A stretch of 64,000 nucleotides of DNA from Eledone cirrhosa (Eukaryota). This document shows, piece by piece, positions 1 through 10,661 of this stretch. Within the stretch, counting starts at the first letter, position 1. Each line of letters opens with the position of its first letter. Location: contig OZ024744.1 in NCBI GenBank assembly GCA_964016885.1, positions 49,600,001 to 49,664,000 of the forward strand. The letters are read 5' to 3'. The notes under the pieces were generated by a model, which was not told where the DNA came from, searched no databases, and saw only the letters and a program-made list of their open reading frames with translations. Made by a program: the position numbers and the translations under genes.

Positions 1-800
1 TGAAGAAAAAAGATGCATCATCGCTCATGTCTATCCCCAGGTCTCATATCGATTTCGACATGGGGATTTTGATCCCTCCATTTCCGGTGTAGTTGTGTTG
101 TACTGTCTAAGTGTTAGAAGGTTGGTATTGAAGGGCCTGAAATTTTCCAGCATTAAACTGCATGTTGCTGTCCTTAGCCCATTTGTATATGGAATCCAGA
201 TCTTGTAAAAGGGTAGCATCAGCTGGGTTCTTGATTGCCTGCTACCTTTATGTCATCAGCATAGCTAGTGAGCGATGTTGTATGTACTACGGAGGGCATG
301 TCCGAGAGAGCCACCGAAAACAGTAGTGGTCCCAAGACTGCGCCCTGGGGCACCCCACTTTTTTCTGTTTCCTTTTAGAGGGCCCCATTGGCTGCAACTG
401 TTTGGCTGCTGTCTTTTAATAAATCATGCAGCCACTCACATACTTTCCCAGTTATGCCGAGTCTGTGACATATCATTCCGTGGTTGACCTTGTCAAAGGC
501 CTTCACAAAGTTAAGATATATCACATTCATGTGAGCTGTCTAGCAGTTGTTTCAGTAGCCAGTCATAGTGTTGTAACAGCTGTGTAAGGCAGCTTCTTCC
601 TGGGTGAAAGCCATGCTGCGTGTTAATTAGGTGGTCATTTTCCTCGAGGAGTGTGATCAAGTTCTTTTGTGATGAGCTTACTGATATGTGACATCAGGGA
701 GATTGGCCTGTAGTTTTGGGCCTTTGCTCTGCTTCCTTCTTTATGGATAGGGCATATTGTGCCTTCGTTTAGCTGTCTGTTTTTCATCCACAGGATGTCC
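1..800 (-). mobile_element. Decayed CR1/L2-group LINE reverse transcriptase fragment
   Basis: Minus-strand motifs NYRPISLMSHISK (~690-715), F.KAFDKV (~485-510), GVPQGAVLG (~328-355) and SYADD (~251-266), with frameshifts; runs off the window start. Confidence 0.85.
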
Positions 801-829
801 AAATTACCCTCCTCACAAAACAATCTTGG

Positions 830-1820
830 GTGGGATGTCGATTTAGACGCTGATGACTCGACCATAAAACAGGTTGTACTATATTACATTTTACCAGTAG
901 TGCACAAAAGCGACCTGATACACACACTCACATAACATCGACAATGAATCGTCTTAAGAATTGAAAGTGTTGCAAGTATAAGACCACCTCTAAAACCTGC
1001 TTCATGAAAGTACCACAATTCAGCGAAAGCATAACCACAGCTATCCGCAAAGTATGACTGGACATACAATTAGAACACTCCGGCCCTTTACTGCATGGAT
1101 ACCTGTCTAAAAAGCAATCCAGAGACAACAATAATCAATGGTCGCTGACTAACTGCCCTATCCGTGACACAGGTATGTGCCAGCGGACATATGTGGCATA
1201 CCAGATGGAATGTAACAAATGTAAGGAGTTCTACATTGGTAGCATGATTCCACACTCACATTAAAGAACACCTCAACACACACATATCCTCATTCAAAAA
1301 ACACATTGACAAATGTAGAAACATCAACCAACATATTACCATTAAAGCCAGCGATAGAAATGTGGACAATTTAAGAATTAAGGAAACCTTGCTCATACAT
1401 CGACTCAACCCGAAAATAAATAATAGATTAGAACTCAGGACACAGTACTTTACATAAAAAGACACAACCACAGGAACACAAACTAAACATCACACACAAA
1501 AGAGAAAATTGATTTCGCAAAATACTATATTGGCAATAGACATCATTCTCATGAAAAGTGTAATAACCATAAAAAAACGCTTGAAAAAGACTTAGAACAT
1601 TTTTTTAATCAAAATCAAAATTTAATCCCAAAGAGAGGAAATTGGAATATTATCCACTGAAAGTTCCTGAAACACTGAAGAAGGGATTTGTAGGTCCTGA
1701 AATAGTGGACAGAAAAAAACAAACAACAACAACAAAAGAACAAAGATTACCAGGTAACTTACTTTTCATTACCACAGCTTTCAGTCCATGTTGCATTGTT
1801 TAGCCTTCTATCTCTTACCA
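830..1820 (+). mobile_element. Penelope-like element relic: GIY-YIG endonuclease C-terminus plus 3' region
   Basis: Translates to NCPIRDTGMCQRTYVAYQMECNKCKEFYIGS (~1151-1243) and LRIKETLLIHRLNPKINNRLE (~1371-1433). It is followed by a degenerate HHR core CTGAAGA-A-GGGAT...GTCCT-GAAA at 1675-1702, as expected in PLE pseudo-LTRs. Confidence 0.75.
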
Positions 1821-1860
1821 GGTTTTATATATATATATATATATACATCATCTATATATC

Positions 1861-1914
<54 letters not shown>

Positions 1915-1924
1915 TCGGAATAAC

Positions 1925-2030
1925 TATTCCGATGATTTGATTAGGCATACATGTATTTAAAATTGAGTGACACAACTTCAAGTGATTAGCAATTTTTAGA
2001 CACCCTAATCAATGAAACAAATTGTTAATA
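1925..2030 (+). ncRNA. Type-I hammerhead ribozyme motif with long helix II (core C-C-GATGA variant)
   Basis: Stem I TATT/AATA; CCGATGA 1929-1935; helix II TTGATTAGG...CCTAATCAA with inner AAAATTG/CAATTTT; GAAA 2014-2017; helix III ACAA-A-TTGT; GUU triplet. Confidence 0.7.
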
Positions 2031-2231
2031 CTTTGTACTGTTGACCATGTTATTCTTCACTCTTTCACTATTATTACTCCAAGATTAACCTGCATAGGAA
2101 TTCCCGAGAACTCGCCACCTAACTAAGGAAACCTCTTGTTGAGTCAAACAACGCTGTACGTTAAAACTATCCACAATACGGAGTACTCACAACCTCTAAC
2201 TGGATTACCTATAACGATAATTTGTTATCCC

Positions 2232-2263
<32 letters not shown>

Positions 2264-2577
2264 ATAGATATATATGTATATATGTATATACATATATATT
2301 TTGATTAAGTGAATATCTTCATTGGTTAATATTTTGAATATATATACATATATATATTTATATACATATATACATATATATATATATATATGTGTATGCA
2401 TACATATATATGAATATATATATGTTAATATGTATATATATACATATTAACATATATATATATTCATATATATGTATGCATACACATATATATATGTATA
2501 TATGTATATATATACATATTAACATATATATATTCATATATATGTATGCATACACATATATATATATATATGTATAT

Positions 2578-4437
2578 ATCATCATCATCATCATCATCAT
2601 CAGGTTTAGCGTCCGTGTTCCACGCTTGCATGGGTTTGGATGGGGGTTTTCCCACTTGAGGCAAGAGTGGTTGTCTTGCTCGCATAGGACTGTCTGGCGG
2701 GTTTTCTACAGTTGGATGCCCTTCCTAACACCAACCACATTTACAGTGTGGTGCTGGGAGGTTTTTACCGTGTTGCCTACACGGCCACATTACAGCGTGG
2801 ACTGTCTGGCGGGTTTTCTACAGCTGGATGCCCTTCCTAACACCAACCACATTTACAGTGTGGGGCTGGGAGGTTTTTACCGTGTTGCCTACACGGCCAC
2901 ATTTACAGCGTGGACTGTGTGTTTTTTGTCGTGACACCTACACGATCTCATTTGTTTCGGCCTGGATGTTGTGGGACCAACATAACTTTACATTGAAAGG
3001 GGCGGTGTGGGTGGGGTGGAGGTGGTGGGACGGGGGTGTGTTTTGATAGAGATGCCTACTGACTGTAGTAGGTTTTTAATTTGTATTTAGGTAAGGCGGG
3101 TCTTCTCTATTACTGAGTACCGCCAAAGGTCTCGGTCCAGTGACATTGTCTTGGAGAGGTGTAAGCGTGTGAGGTCGGAATTTATCAGCTCGTCCCATGT
3201 TTTTCTGGGTCTGCCTACTCCGTGGCTACCGTCTATCTTTATTGCCCTGCACTTTGTTATACAGCTGTCGTCTTTCATGCGCATCACGTGACCGTACCAA
3301 CGTAGCCTTCTCTCGAGTAAACAACATCTGATCCCTCTTATTTCTAATTTTTTCCTTAGTTCGTTTATGCTTTGCCGTTCACGTATATTACTATTGCACA
3401 TCCAGCGGAGCATGCAAGCTTCGTTCCTCTCTAGTCTGCGTATATCCTCTGCACACAATGCCCAGGTCTCACTGCCATGCAGCATTGCTGTTCGTATGCA
3501 GGCATCGTATAACCTGCCTTTCATTTTTAGGGAGAACCCTTTAGCGGCTAATAGTGGTATAAGCTCTCTGAACTTTTTCCATCCAGTTCTGACTCTAGCT
3601 ACTGTACTTTCAGAGCACCCTCCCCCACTGCTGATTTTGTCACCCAGATAACGGAAGCTGTCCACTATTTCTATAGAACCCTCTGCGCAGTTGAAGGAGC
3701 TAGTATTTTGTGGGCACTTGCTGCTACTTATTGCACCAGAGCACCGGCCACATGTAAAATCTATGTTCTTAGTTAGCTTACCTGTGATCCCACTACATCT
3801 TTTATGCACCCATACTTTGCATTTGGGACATAAAATGGAGTTTCTACCTACGCCTTTCCTACACACTGAGCATGGCCATTTCCTCGATGGGACCGCCGCC
3901 TTATTTTCTTTCCTACAAACTAGAACTTTAGTCTTAGCCAGGTTAATTTTAAGGCCTTTTGATTCTAGGCCGTGCTTCCACGTTTGGAATTTCTTCTCTA
4001 GTTCGGTCATTGATTCAGCTATGAGCGTTAGATCATCTGCGTATAGGAGTTCCCATGGGCAGCCGGTCTTGAACTCCTCTGTTATAGCCTGAAGGGCAAT
4101 AATAAATAGTAGGGGGCTAAGAACAGAGCCCTGATGGACACCAACTTTTACGCTAAACTCTTCACTATATTCGTTGTTAATTCTAACCTTACTGACTGTT
4201 TCTTTATACATGGCTTGTATAGCTCTCACAAGCCATTCGTCAACACCTAGTTTTCTAAGAGACCACCAGATAATGGAACGGGGGACTCTGTCGAAGGCTT
4301 TCTCCAAGTCGACGAAAGCTAAGTATAGGGGTTTACTTTTAGCTAGGTACTTCTCCTGTAGTTGTCGTACAATGAAAAGAGCGTCTGTGGTACTTTTGCC
4401 TGACACAAACCCGAACTGCATTTCATCTAGATCAATT
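2578..4437 (-). mobile_element. RTE-clade LINE, 5'-truncated (RT, C-terminus, 3' UTR, (GAT)n tail)
   Basis: ORF 3087-4421 with [31 protein letters not shown]. The 3' UTR has a ~112-bp tandem duplication (2687-2912). The (CAT)n tail at 2578-2601 abuts (TA)n. Confidence 0.95.
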
Positions 4438-4463
4438 ATGTATATAAATATATATATGTATAT

Positions 4464-4810
4464 ATATTATTCAAAATATTAACCAATGAAGATATTCACA
4501 TAATCAAAATATATGCTTTATTATATATATTTCGAAGGTACTGTGTTGTTTTTTCAGTACGTCTTCGTCAGATAAAATATATGATTTGATATATGACATA
4601 CCTCAACTGTCTTGATATTTCAATTCCAGTATTGGTAGTTAATTCTGGAATTGAAATATCAAGACAGTTGAGGTATGTCATATATCAAATCATATATTTT
4701 ATCTGACGAAGACGTACTGAAAAAACAACACAGTACCTTCGAAATATATATAATAAAGCATATATTCTGATTATGTGAATATCTTCATTTGTTAATAATT
4801 TGAATAATAT
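4464..4810. repeat. Fold-back palindrome (166-bp arms, 15-bp spacer) carrying mirror-image hammerheads
   Basis: 4464-4629 is the reverse complement of 4645-4810 with about 3 mismatches. Confidence 0.95.
4698..4757 (+). ncRNA. Minimal type-I hammerhead ribozyme (mirror copy 4517-4576, minus strand)
   Basis: TTTAT-CTGACGA-A-GA.GTACTG(loop)CAGTAC..TC-GAAA-TATATAT-A-ATAAA: intact core, palindromic helix III, stem I TTTAT/ATAAA. Confidence 0.75.
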
Positions 4811-4929
4811 TAAAAACTCCAGGAAAACTTCACTGTTGAGTGCTTTTAATCTATTGTAAAACTCTATTCATTGAGTAATCAATGAACCATACTAATCTTT
4901 GGTCATATGTACATATATATACGTATAAA

Positions 4930-7900
4930 TCATAAGCCAGAGCCCCCCCCCCCCGCATCACCACCATTATTATAAGCCAGAGCCACCCACCCCCACCCCC
5001 ACGCATCACCATTATTATTATTACGCGGACCAAATCATAAGCCAGAGGCCTATACTATCGCTTGCCCGGTTGCCTTCGATATACGATGGATGGATAGATG
5101 GATGGATGGATGGACGGACGGACTGCGGAATCCTTGGAGAGTGGAAGGGAGAGAAAAATCTGGACGCCCAGAGCGAAAATGCCAAAGTTAAAGTCAAATT
5201 CACCTCGTGGACGAGAATGCGAGCACTCCTCTTTGTTTCGTCCGCGGATGGCTAACATAACCCTATCTCCTCCCGCCCCCCACCACCCCCACCCTCCAAA
5301 CGCAACCCAAAACTTCAGAGTTGGTACCATAAATGTAGGCACCCTAAAGGGTCGCGCTAACGAGGTTGTAGAAATGCTTGAACGTAAGGAGGTCGATGTT
5401 TGTTGTATTCAAGAGACCAGGTGGAGGGGTGGGTCTGCTAGATTCATTGAGGGTAAAAAACGATGTTATAAGCTTTTCTGGGTGGGAAACGACGATGGGC
5501 TGGGTGGAGTAGGAATCATGGTAGCAGAAAAGTGGGCAGATAAGATAATAGACGTAAATAGAGTGAACGACAGAATAATTAAAATAAGACTTGTCCTCAA
5601 TAGAACTACGGTGACAGTAATATCTGCGTACGCACCCCAATCCGGACTGCCCGGCACTATAAAAGACAGATTCTATGAGACACTGTTGCTAACTACCTCC
5701 CAAATATCTGACAGTGACTATATAATTATTGCAGGCGACCTAAATGGTCACGTTGGACAACATTGTGACGGCTATGACGAAATCCATGGAGGCTATGGGT
5801 TTGGTACTAGAAATGAGGAAGGCTCCAGAATTCTGGAATACTGTGATGCAAATAACCTAACTATCTGTAACACTAACTTCAAAAAACGTGACAATCACCT
5901 GATTACCTATAGATCCGGGGAACACACAAGCCAGGTAGATTATATCCTTACCAGAAGACGTGACAGAGTGTCTGTTGTAAACACTAAATCCCTCCCCCAT
6001 GAAGAATGCACCTCCCAACATAGACTGATAATTAGCGACCTCATAGTCAGGACGAGACGCACCCGACAGCAGAAGAGGACTATCCTCAGGAGGAAAATAT
6101 GGAAACTAAAAGACCCCACAGCCAGAAATAAATTTCAAAGCATATTACTTGATGCTTTCGACAGTAAGGAAGAGCATCTAGAATCGGACAATATAGAGGG
6201 ACAGTGGAAATTTCTGAAAGCTAACCTGCTGTTGGCGACAGACGAAGTCTGTGGCTGGAGCAGGCCTGTAGGCAGGAGGAGAGTAACATGGTGGTGGAAC
6301 AGTAAGGTGGAGGGGTCAATTAAGGCCAAAAAGCAGGCTTGGAAAGTATGGCGGGATGGGGGAAGTAGAGTAGACTATCAAGTGGCCAGGAGGGAAGCTA
6401 GGAGAGAAGTGTACTTAGCAAGAAGGGAAGCTGAGGAAAGAAAGTTCAAGCATGTTCTACAACGCGATGACCAAAAACGTGAGGTGTTCAGGATTGCCAG
6501 GCAATGCGTCAAGGAAAACCGTGATATTGTCGGGGAGAAGTGTGTACTTAACGATGATGGCATACTTGCCATCACCGACACTGATAAGAAGGTAGCTTGG
6601 AAGTGTCACTATGAAAGGCTACTAAATGAGGAGAATAAATGGGAGAAAGACAGTCTCCCCCATATCGACCCGATAGAGGGACCAGCAGTGTTAGTCGAGG
6701 GGAGTATAATAAGTAAGGCAATCAAGGATATGAAGACTGGTAAGGCGGCTGGGCCTTCGGAAATAGTTGCTGAGATGCTGAAGGCATCTGGCACGGTGGG
6801 ACACACCATGGTCACCCGCATAGTTAACCAAGTCGTACAGAATGGGGTTGTTCCGAAGGACTGGCATAGCAGCATCATCGTTAACTGTTATAAGGGTAAA
6901 GGAGACGCCCTAGATAGGAGTAACTATAGAGGCATTAAATTAATCGACCAGGTCATGAAGGTCACGGAAAAAGTAATAGCGCAACTAATCAGAGAGAGAA
7001 TTGATCTAGATGAAATGCAGTTCGGGTTTGTGTCAGGCAAAAGCACCACAGACGCTCTTTTCATAGTACGACAACTACAGGAGAAGTACCTAGCTAAAGG
7101 TAAACCCCTCTACTTAGCTTTTGTCGACCTGGAGAAAGCCTTCGACAGAGTCCCCCGCTCCATTATCTGGTGGGCTCTTAGAAAACTAGGCGTTGACGAA
7201 TGGCTTGTGAGGGCTATACAAGCCATGTATAAAGAAACAGTCAGCAAGGTTAGAATTAACAACGAATATAGTGAAGAGTTTAGCGTAAAAGTTGGCGTCC
7301 ATCAGGGCTCTGTTCTCAGCCCCCTACTATTTATTATTGCCCTTCAGGCTATAACAGAGGAGTTCAAGACAGGCTGCCCATGGGAACTCCTATACGCAGA
7401 CGACCTGACACTCATAGCGGAATCAATGGCCGAGCTAGAGAAGAAATTCCAAACATGGAAGCACGGCCTAGAGTCAAAAGGACTTAAAATTAACCTGGCT
7501 AAGACCAAAGTTCTAGTTTGTAGGAAAGAAAACAAGGCGGCGGTCCCTTCTGGGAAATGGTCGTGCTCGGTATGTAGGAAAGGCGTAGGTAGAAACTCCA
7601 TCTTATGTCCTAAATGCAAAGTATGGGTGCATAAAAGATGTAGTGGGATCACAGGTAAGCTAACTAAGAACATAGACTTTACATGTGGCCGGTGTTCTGG
7701 TGCAATAAGTAGCAGCAAGTGCCCACAAAATACTAGCTCTTTCAATTGCGCAGAGGGTTTTATAGAAATAGTGGACAGCTTCCGTTACCTGGGCGATAAA
7801 ATCAGCAGTGGGGGAGGGTGCTCTGAAAGTACTGTAGCTAGAGTCAGAACTGGTTGGAAAAAGTTCAGAGAGCTTATACCACTATTAGCTGCTAAAGGGT

Positions 7901-8719
7901 TCTCCCTAAAAATGAAAGGCAGGTTGTACGATGCCTGCATACGAACAGCAATGTTGCATGGTAGTGAGACCTGGGCATTGTGTGCAGAGGATATACGCAG
8001 ACTAGAGAGGAACGAAGCTTGCATGCTCCGCTGGATGTGTAACAGTAATATACGTGAACGGCAAAGCATAAACGAACTAAGGAAAAAATTAGAGATAAGA
8101 GGGATCAGATGTTGTTTACTCGAGAGAAGGCTGCGTTGGTATGGACACGTGATGCGCATGAAAGTCGAGAGCTGTATTACAAAGTGCAGGGCAATAAAGA
8201 TAGACGGTAGCCACGGAATAGGCAGACCTAGAAAAACATGGGATGAGCTGATAAACTCCGACCTCACACACTTACACCTCTCCAAGACAATGTCACTGGA
8301 CCGTGACCTTTGGCGGTACTCAGTAACAGAGAAGACCCGCCTTGCCAGTAGGCATCTCTAACAAAATACACCCCTCCCGCCGCCACCCCCACCCCATCCA
8401 CACCACCCCGTTCTATGTAAAGTTATGTTGGTGCCGCGCCATCCAGGCCGAAACAAATGAGATCGTGTAGGTGTCACAACAAAAAAACACACAGTCCACG
8501 CTGTAATGTGGCCGTGTAGGCAACACGGTAAAAACCTCCCAGACCCACACTGTAAATGTGGTTGGTGTTAGGAAGGGCATCCAACTGTAGAAAACCTGCC
8601 AGACAGTCCTATGCGAGCAAGACAATCACTCTTGCCTCAAGTGGGACTACCCCCGTCCAAACCCATGCAAGCGTGGAACACGGACGTTAAACGTTGATGA
8701 TGATGATGATGATGATGAT
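4930..8719 (+). mobile_element. Full-length RTE-clade LINE
   Basis: 5' leader with three TAAGCCAGAG repeats, a single APE-RT ORF, a C-rich 3' UTR and a (TGA)n tail at 8695-8719 followed by (TA)n. The 5' boundary is uncertain (4930 or 5209). Confidence 0.93.
5098..8361 (+). CDS. RTE LINE polyprotein: AP endonuclease + reverse transcriptase with internal PHD-type zinc finger
   Basis: APE motifs GTINVGTL, CIQETRW, SAYAPQ, GDLNGHVG, SQHRLI. RT motifs [44 protein letters not shown]-terminus [10 protein letters not shown]...GRPRKTW. No stops or frameshifts. The true start may be the ATG at 5179 or 5248, since the first ATG lies in a (GGAT)n repeat. Confidence 0.95.
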   Translation: MDGWMDGRTAESLESGRERKIWTPRAKMPKLKSNSPRGRECEHSSLFRPRMANITLSPPAPHHPHPPNATQNFRVGTINVGTLKGRANEVVEMLERKEVDVCCIQETRWRGGSARFIEGKKRCYKLFWVGNDDGLGGVGIMVAEKWADKIIDVNRVNDRIIKIRLVLNRTTVTVISAYAPQSGLPGTIKDRFYETLLLTTSQISDSDYIIIAGDLNGHVGQHCDGYDEIHGGYGFGTRNEEGSRILEYCDANNLTICNTNFKKRDNHLITYRSGEHTSQVDYILTRRRDRVSVVNTKSLPHEECTSQHRLIISDLIVRTRRTRQQKRTILRRKIWKLKDPTARNKFQSILLDAFDSKEEHLESDNIEGQWKFLKANLLLATDEVCGWSRPVGRRRVTWWWNSKVEGSIKAKKQAWKVWRDGGSRVDYQVARREARREVYLARREAEERKFKHVLQRDDQKREVFRIARQCVKENRDIVGEKCVLNDDGILAITDTDKKVAWKCHYERLLNEENKWEKDSLPHIDPIEGPAVLVEGSIISKAIKDMKTGKAAGPSEIVAEMLKASGTVGHTMVTRIVNQVVQNGVVPKDWHSSIIVNCYKGKGDALDRSNYRGIKLIDQVMKVTEKVIAQLIRERIDLDEMQFGFVSGKSTTDALFIVRQLQEKYLAKGKPLYLAFVDLEKAFDRVPRSIIWWALRKLGVDEWLVRAIQAMYKETVSKVRINNEYSEEFSVKVGVHQGSVLSPLLFIIALQAITEEFKTGCPWELLYADDLTLIAESMAELEKKFQTWKHGLESKGLKINLAKTKVLVCRKENKAAVPSGKWSCSVCRKGVGRNSILCPKCKVWVHKRCSGITGKLTKNIDFTCGRCSGAISSSKCPQNTSSFNCAEGFIEIVDSFRYLGDKISSGGGCSESTVARVRTGWKKFRELIPLLAAKGFSLKMKGRLYDACIRTAMLHGSETWALCAEDIRRLERNEACMLRWMCNSNIRERQSINELRKKLEIRGIRCCLLERRLRWYGHVMRMKVESCITKCRAIKIDGSHGIGRPRKTWDELINSDLTHLHLSKTMSLDRDLWRYSVTEKTRLASRHL

Positions 8720-8808
8720 ACATATATATATATATATGCATACATATATATATTTACATATATATATATACATATATATACATATAGATATATATATATA
8801 TATATTTA

Positions 8809-9126
8809 TTTATACTTGGGGAGGGTCATATTGTATGTAATAATATTGCCAGAAATAACAGAACACACTCACTGTTTGGTTGGTTTTCGCTTCTGCATCT
8901 TTTATATCTCCAAAGTTGTTTCGCTGCACATCTGCAACATCATCAGTGGTACTATTATCATGTTTTCCAATATTGTATTGTATTTTCATGGTGTAGACAT
9001 TACAATGTGTTCTCATATTATTTCTGGCAATATTATTACAACAATATGACCCTCCCCAAGTATAAAAATATTTGTTTCGACACGTGATTTCATATAAAAA
9101 ACCTCACAAAACAAGTTCATCGTCGT
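8809..9126. mobile_element. ORF-less fold-back element with hammerhead
   Basis: Inverted arms 8809-8858 / 9018-9066 flank an HHR. The terminal sequence ATGACCCTCCC(C)AAGTATAA...GATTTCATATAAA recurs at 53957-54035, 55461-55530 and 62160-62260. Confidence 0.7.
8910..8949 (-). ncRNA. Minimal type-I hammerhead ribozyme
   Basis: Minus strand: CCA-CTGATGA-T-GTTGCA-GATG-TGCAGC-GAAA-CAAC-TT-TGG. Confidence 0.7.
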
Positions 9127-9150
9127 TATATATATTTATATATATATCTT

Positions 9151-10547
9151 GGACGAGAATGCGAGCACTCCTCATTGTTTCGACCGCGGACGGCTAACAA
9201 AACCCCATCGCCCCCCGCCCCCACCGCCCCCAACCCCCAAACGTAATCCAAAACTTCAGAGTTGGTACCATAAATGTAGGCACCCTAAAGGGTCGCGCTA
9301 ACGAGGTTGTAGAAATGCTTGAACGTAAGGAGGTCGATGTTTGTTGTATTCAAGAGACCAGGTGGAGGGGTGGGTCTGCTAGATTCATTGAGGGTAAAAA
9401 ACGATGTTATAAGCTTTTCTGGGTGGGAAACGACGATGGGCTGGGTGGAGTAGGAATCATGGTAGCGGAAAAGTGGGCAGATAAGATAATAGACGTAAAT
9501 AGAGTGAACGACAGAATAATTAAAATACGACTTGTCCTCAATAGAACTACGGTGACAGTAATATCTGCGTACGCACCCCAATCCGGACTGCCCGGCACTA
9601 TAAAAGACAGATTCTATGAGACACTGATGCTAACTACCTCCCAAATATCCGACAGTGACTATATAATTATTGCAGGCGACCTAAATGGTCACGTTGGACA
9701 ACATTGTGACGGCTACGACGAAATCCATGGTTGTATGATGCCTGCATACGAACAGAAATGTTGCATGGCAGTGAGACCTGGGCATTGTGTGCAGAGGATA
9801 TACACAGACTAGAGAGGAACGAAGCTTGCATGCTCCGCTGGATGTGTAACAGTAATATACGTGAACGGCAAAGCATAAACGAACTAAGGAAAAAATTAGA
9901 GATAAGAGGGATCAGATGTTGTTTACTCGAGAGAAGGCTACATTGGTATGGACACGTGATGCGCATGAAAGTCGATAGCTGTATAACAAAGTGCAGGGCA
10001 ATAAAGATAGACGGTAGTCATGGAATAGGCAGACCTAGAAAAACCTGGGACGAGCTGATAAACTCCGACATCACACACTTACACCTCTCCAAGACAATGT
10101 CACTGGACCGAGACCTTTGGCGGTACTCAGTAACAGAGAAGACCCGCCTTACCTAAATATATAGTAAAACCTACTCCAACCAGTAGGCATCTCTAACAAA
10201 ATACACCCCGTCCCATCCACCCCACCCCATCCACACCACCCCGTTCTATGTAAAGTTATGTTGGTGCCGCGCCATAGGCCGAAACAAATGAGATCGTGTA
10301 GGTGTCATGACAAAAAAACACACAGTCCATGCTGTAATGTGGCCGTGTAGGAGACACGGTAAAAACCTCCCAGACCCACACTGTAAATGTGGTTGGTGTT
10401 AGGAAGGGCATCCAACTGTAGAAAGCCTGCCAGACAGTCCTATGCGAGCAAGACAATCACTCTTGCCTCAAGTGGGACTACCCCCGTCCAAACCCATGCA
10501 AGCGTGGAACACGGACGTTAAACGTTGATGATGATGATGATGATGAT
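9151..10547 (+). mobile_element. RTE LINE with ~2.1-kb internal deletion
   Basis: Matches 5209-5789 of the full copy, then jumps at ~9730 (ATCCATGG|TTGTATGATG) to the equivalent of ~7924. The 3' UTR and (TGA)n tail are intact. Confidence 0.93.
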
Positions 10548-10576
10548 ATATATATATATATACAAATATATACATT

Positions 10577-10610
<34 letters not shown>

Positions 10611-10661
10611 ATTTATATATATACATTTATATATACATATATATATACATATTATACATAT

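Noticed and set aside
1135-1250. Possible selenocysteine (in-frame TGA) in the PLE zinc-binding linker
   Set aside because: No in-frame TGA at the Cys positions in this fragment.
3367-4482. Recurrent antisense ORFs on RTE copies (also 7344-8285, 13147-15297, 24418-25686)
   Set aside because: These are shadow frames repeated because the element is repeated; no recognisable domain.
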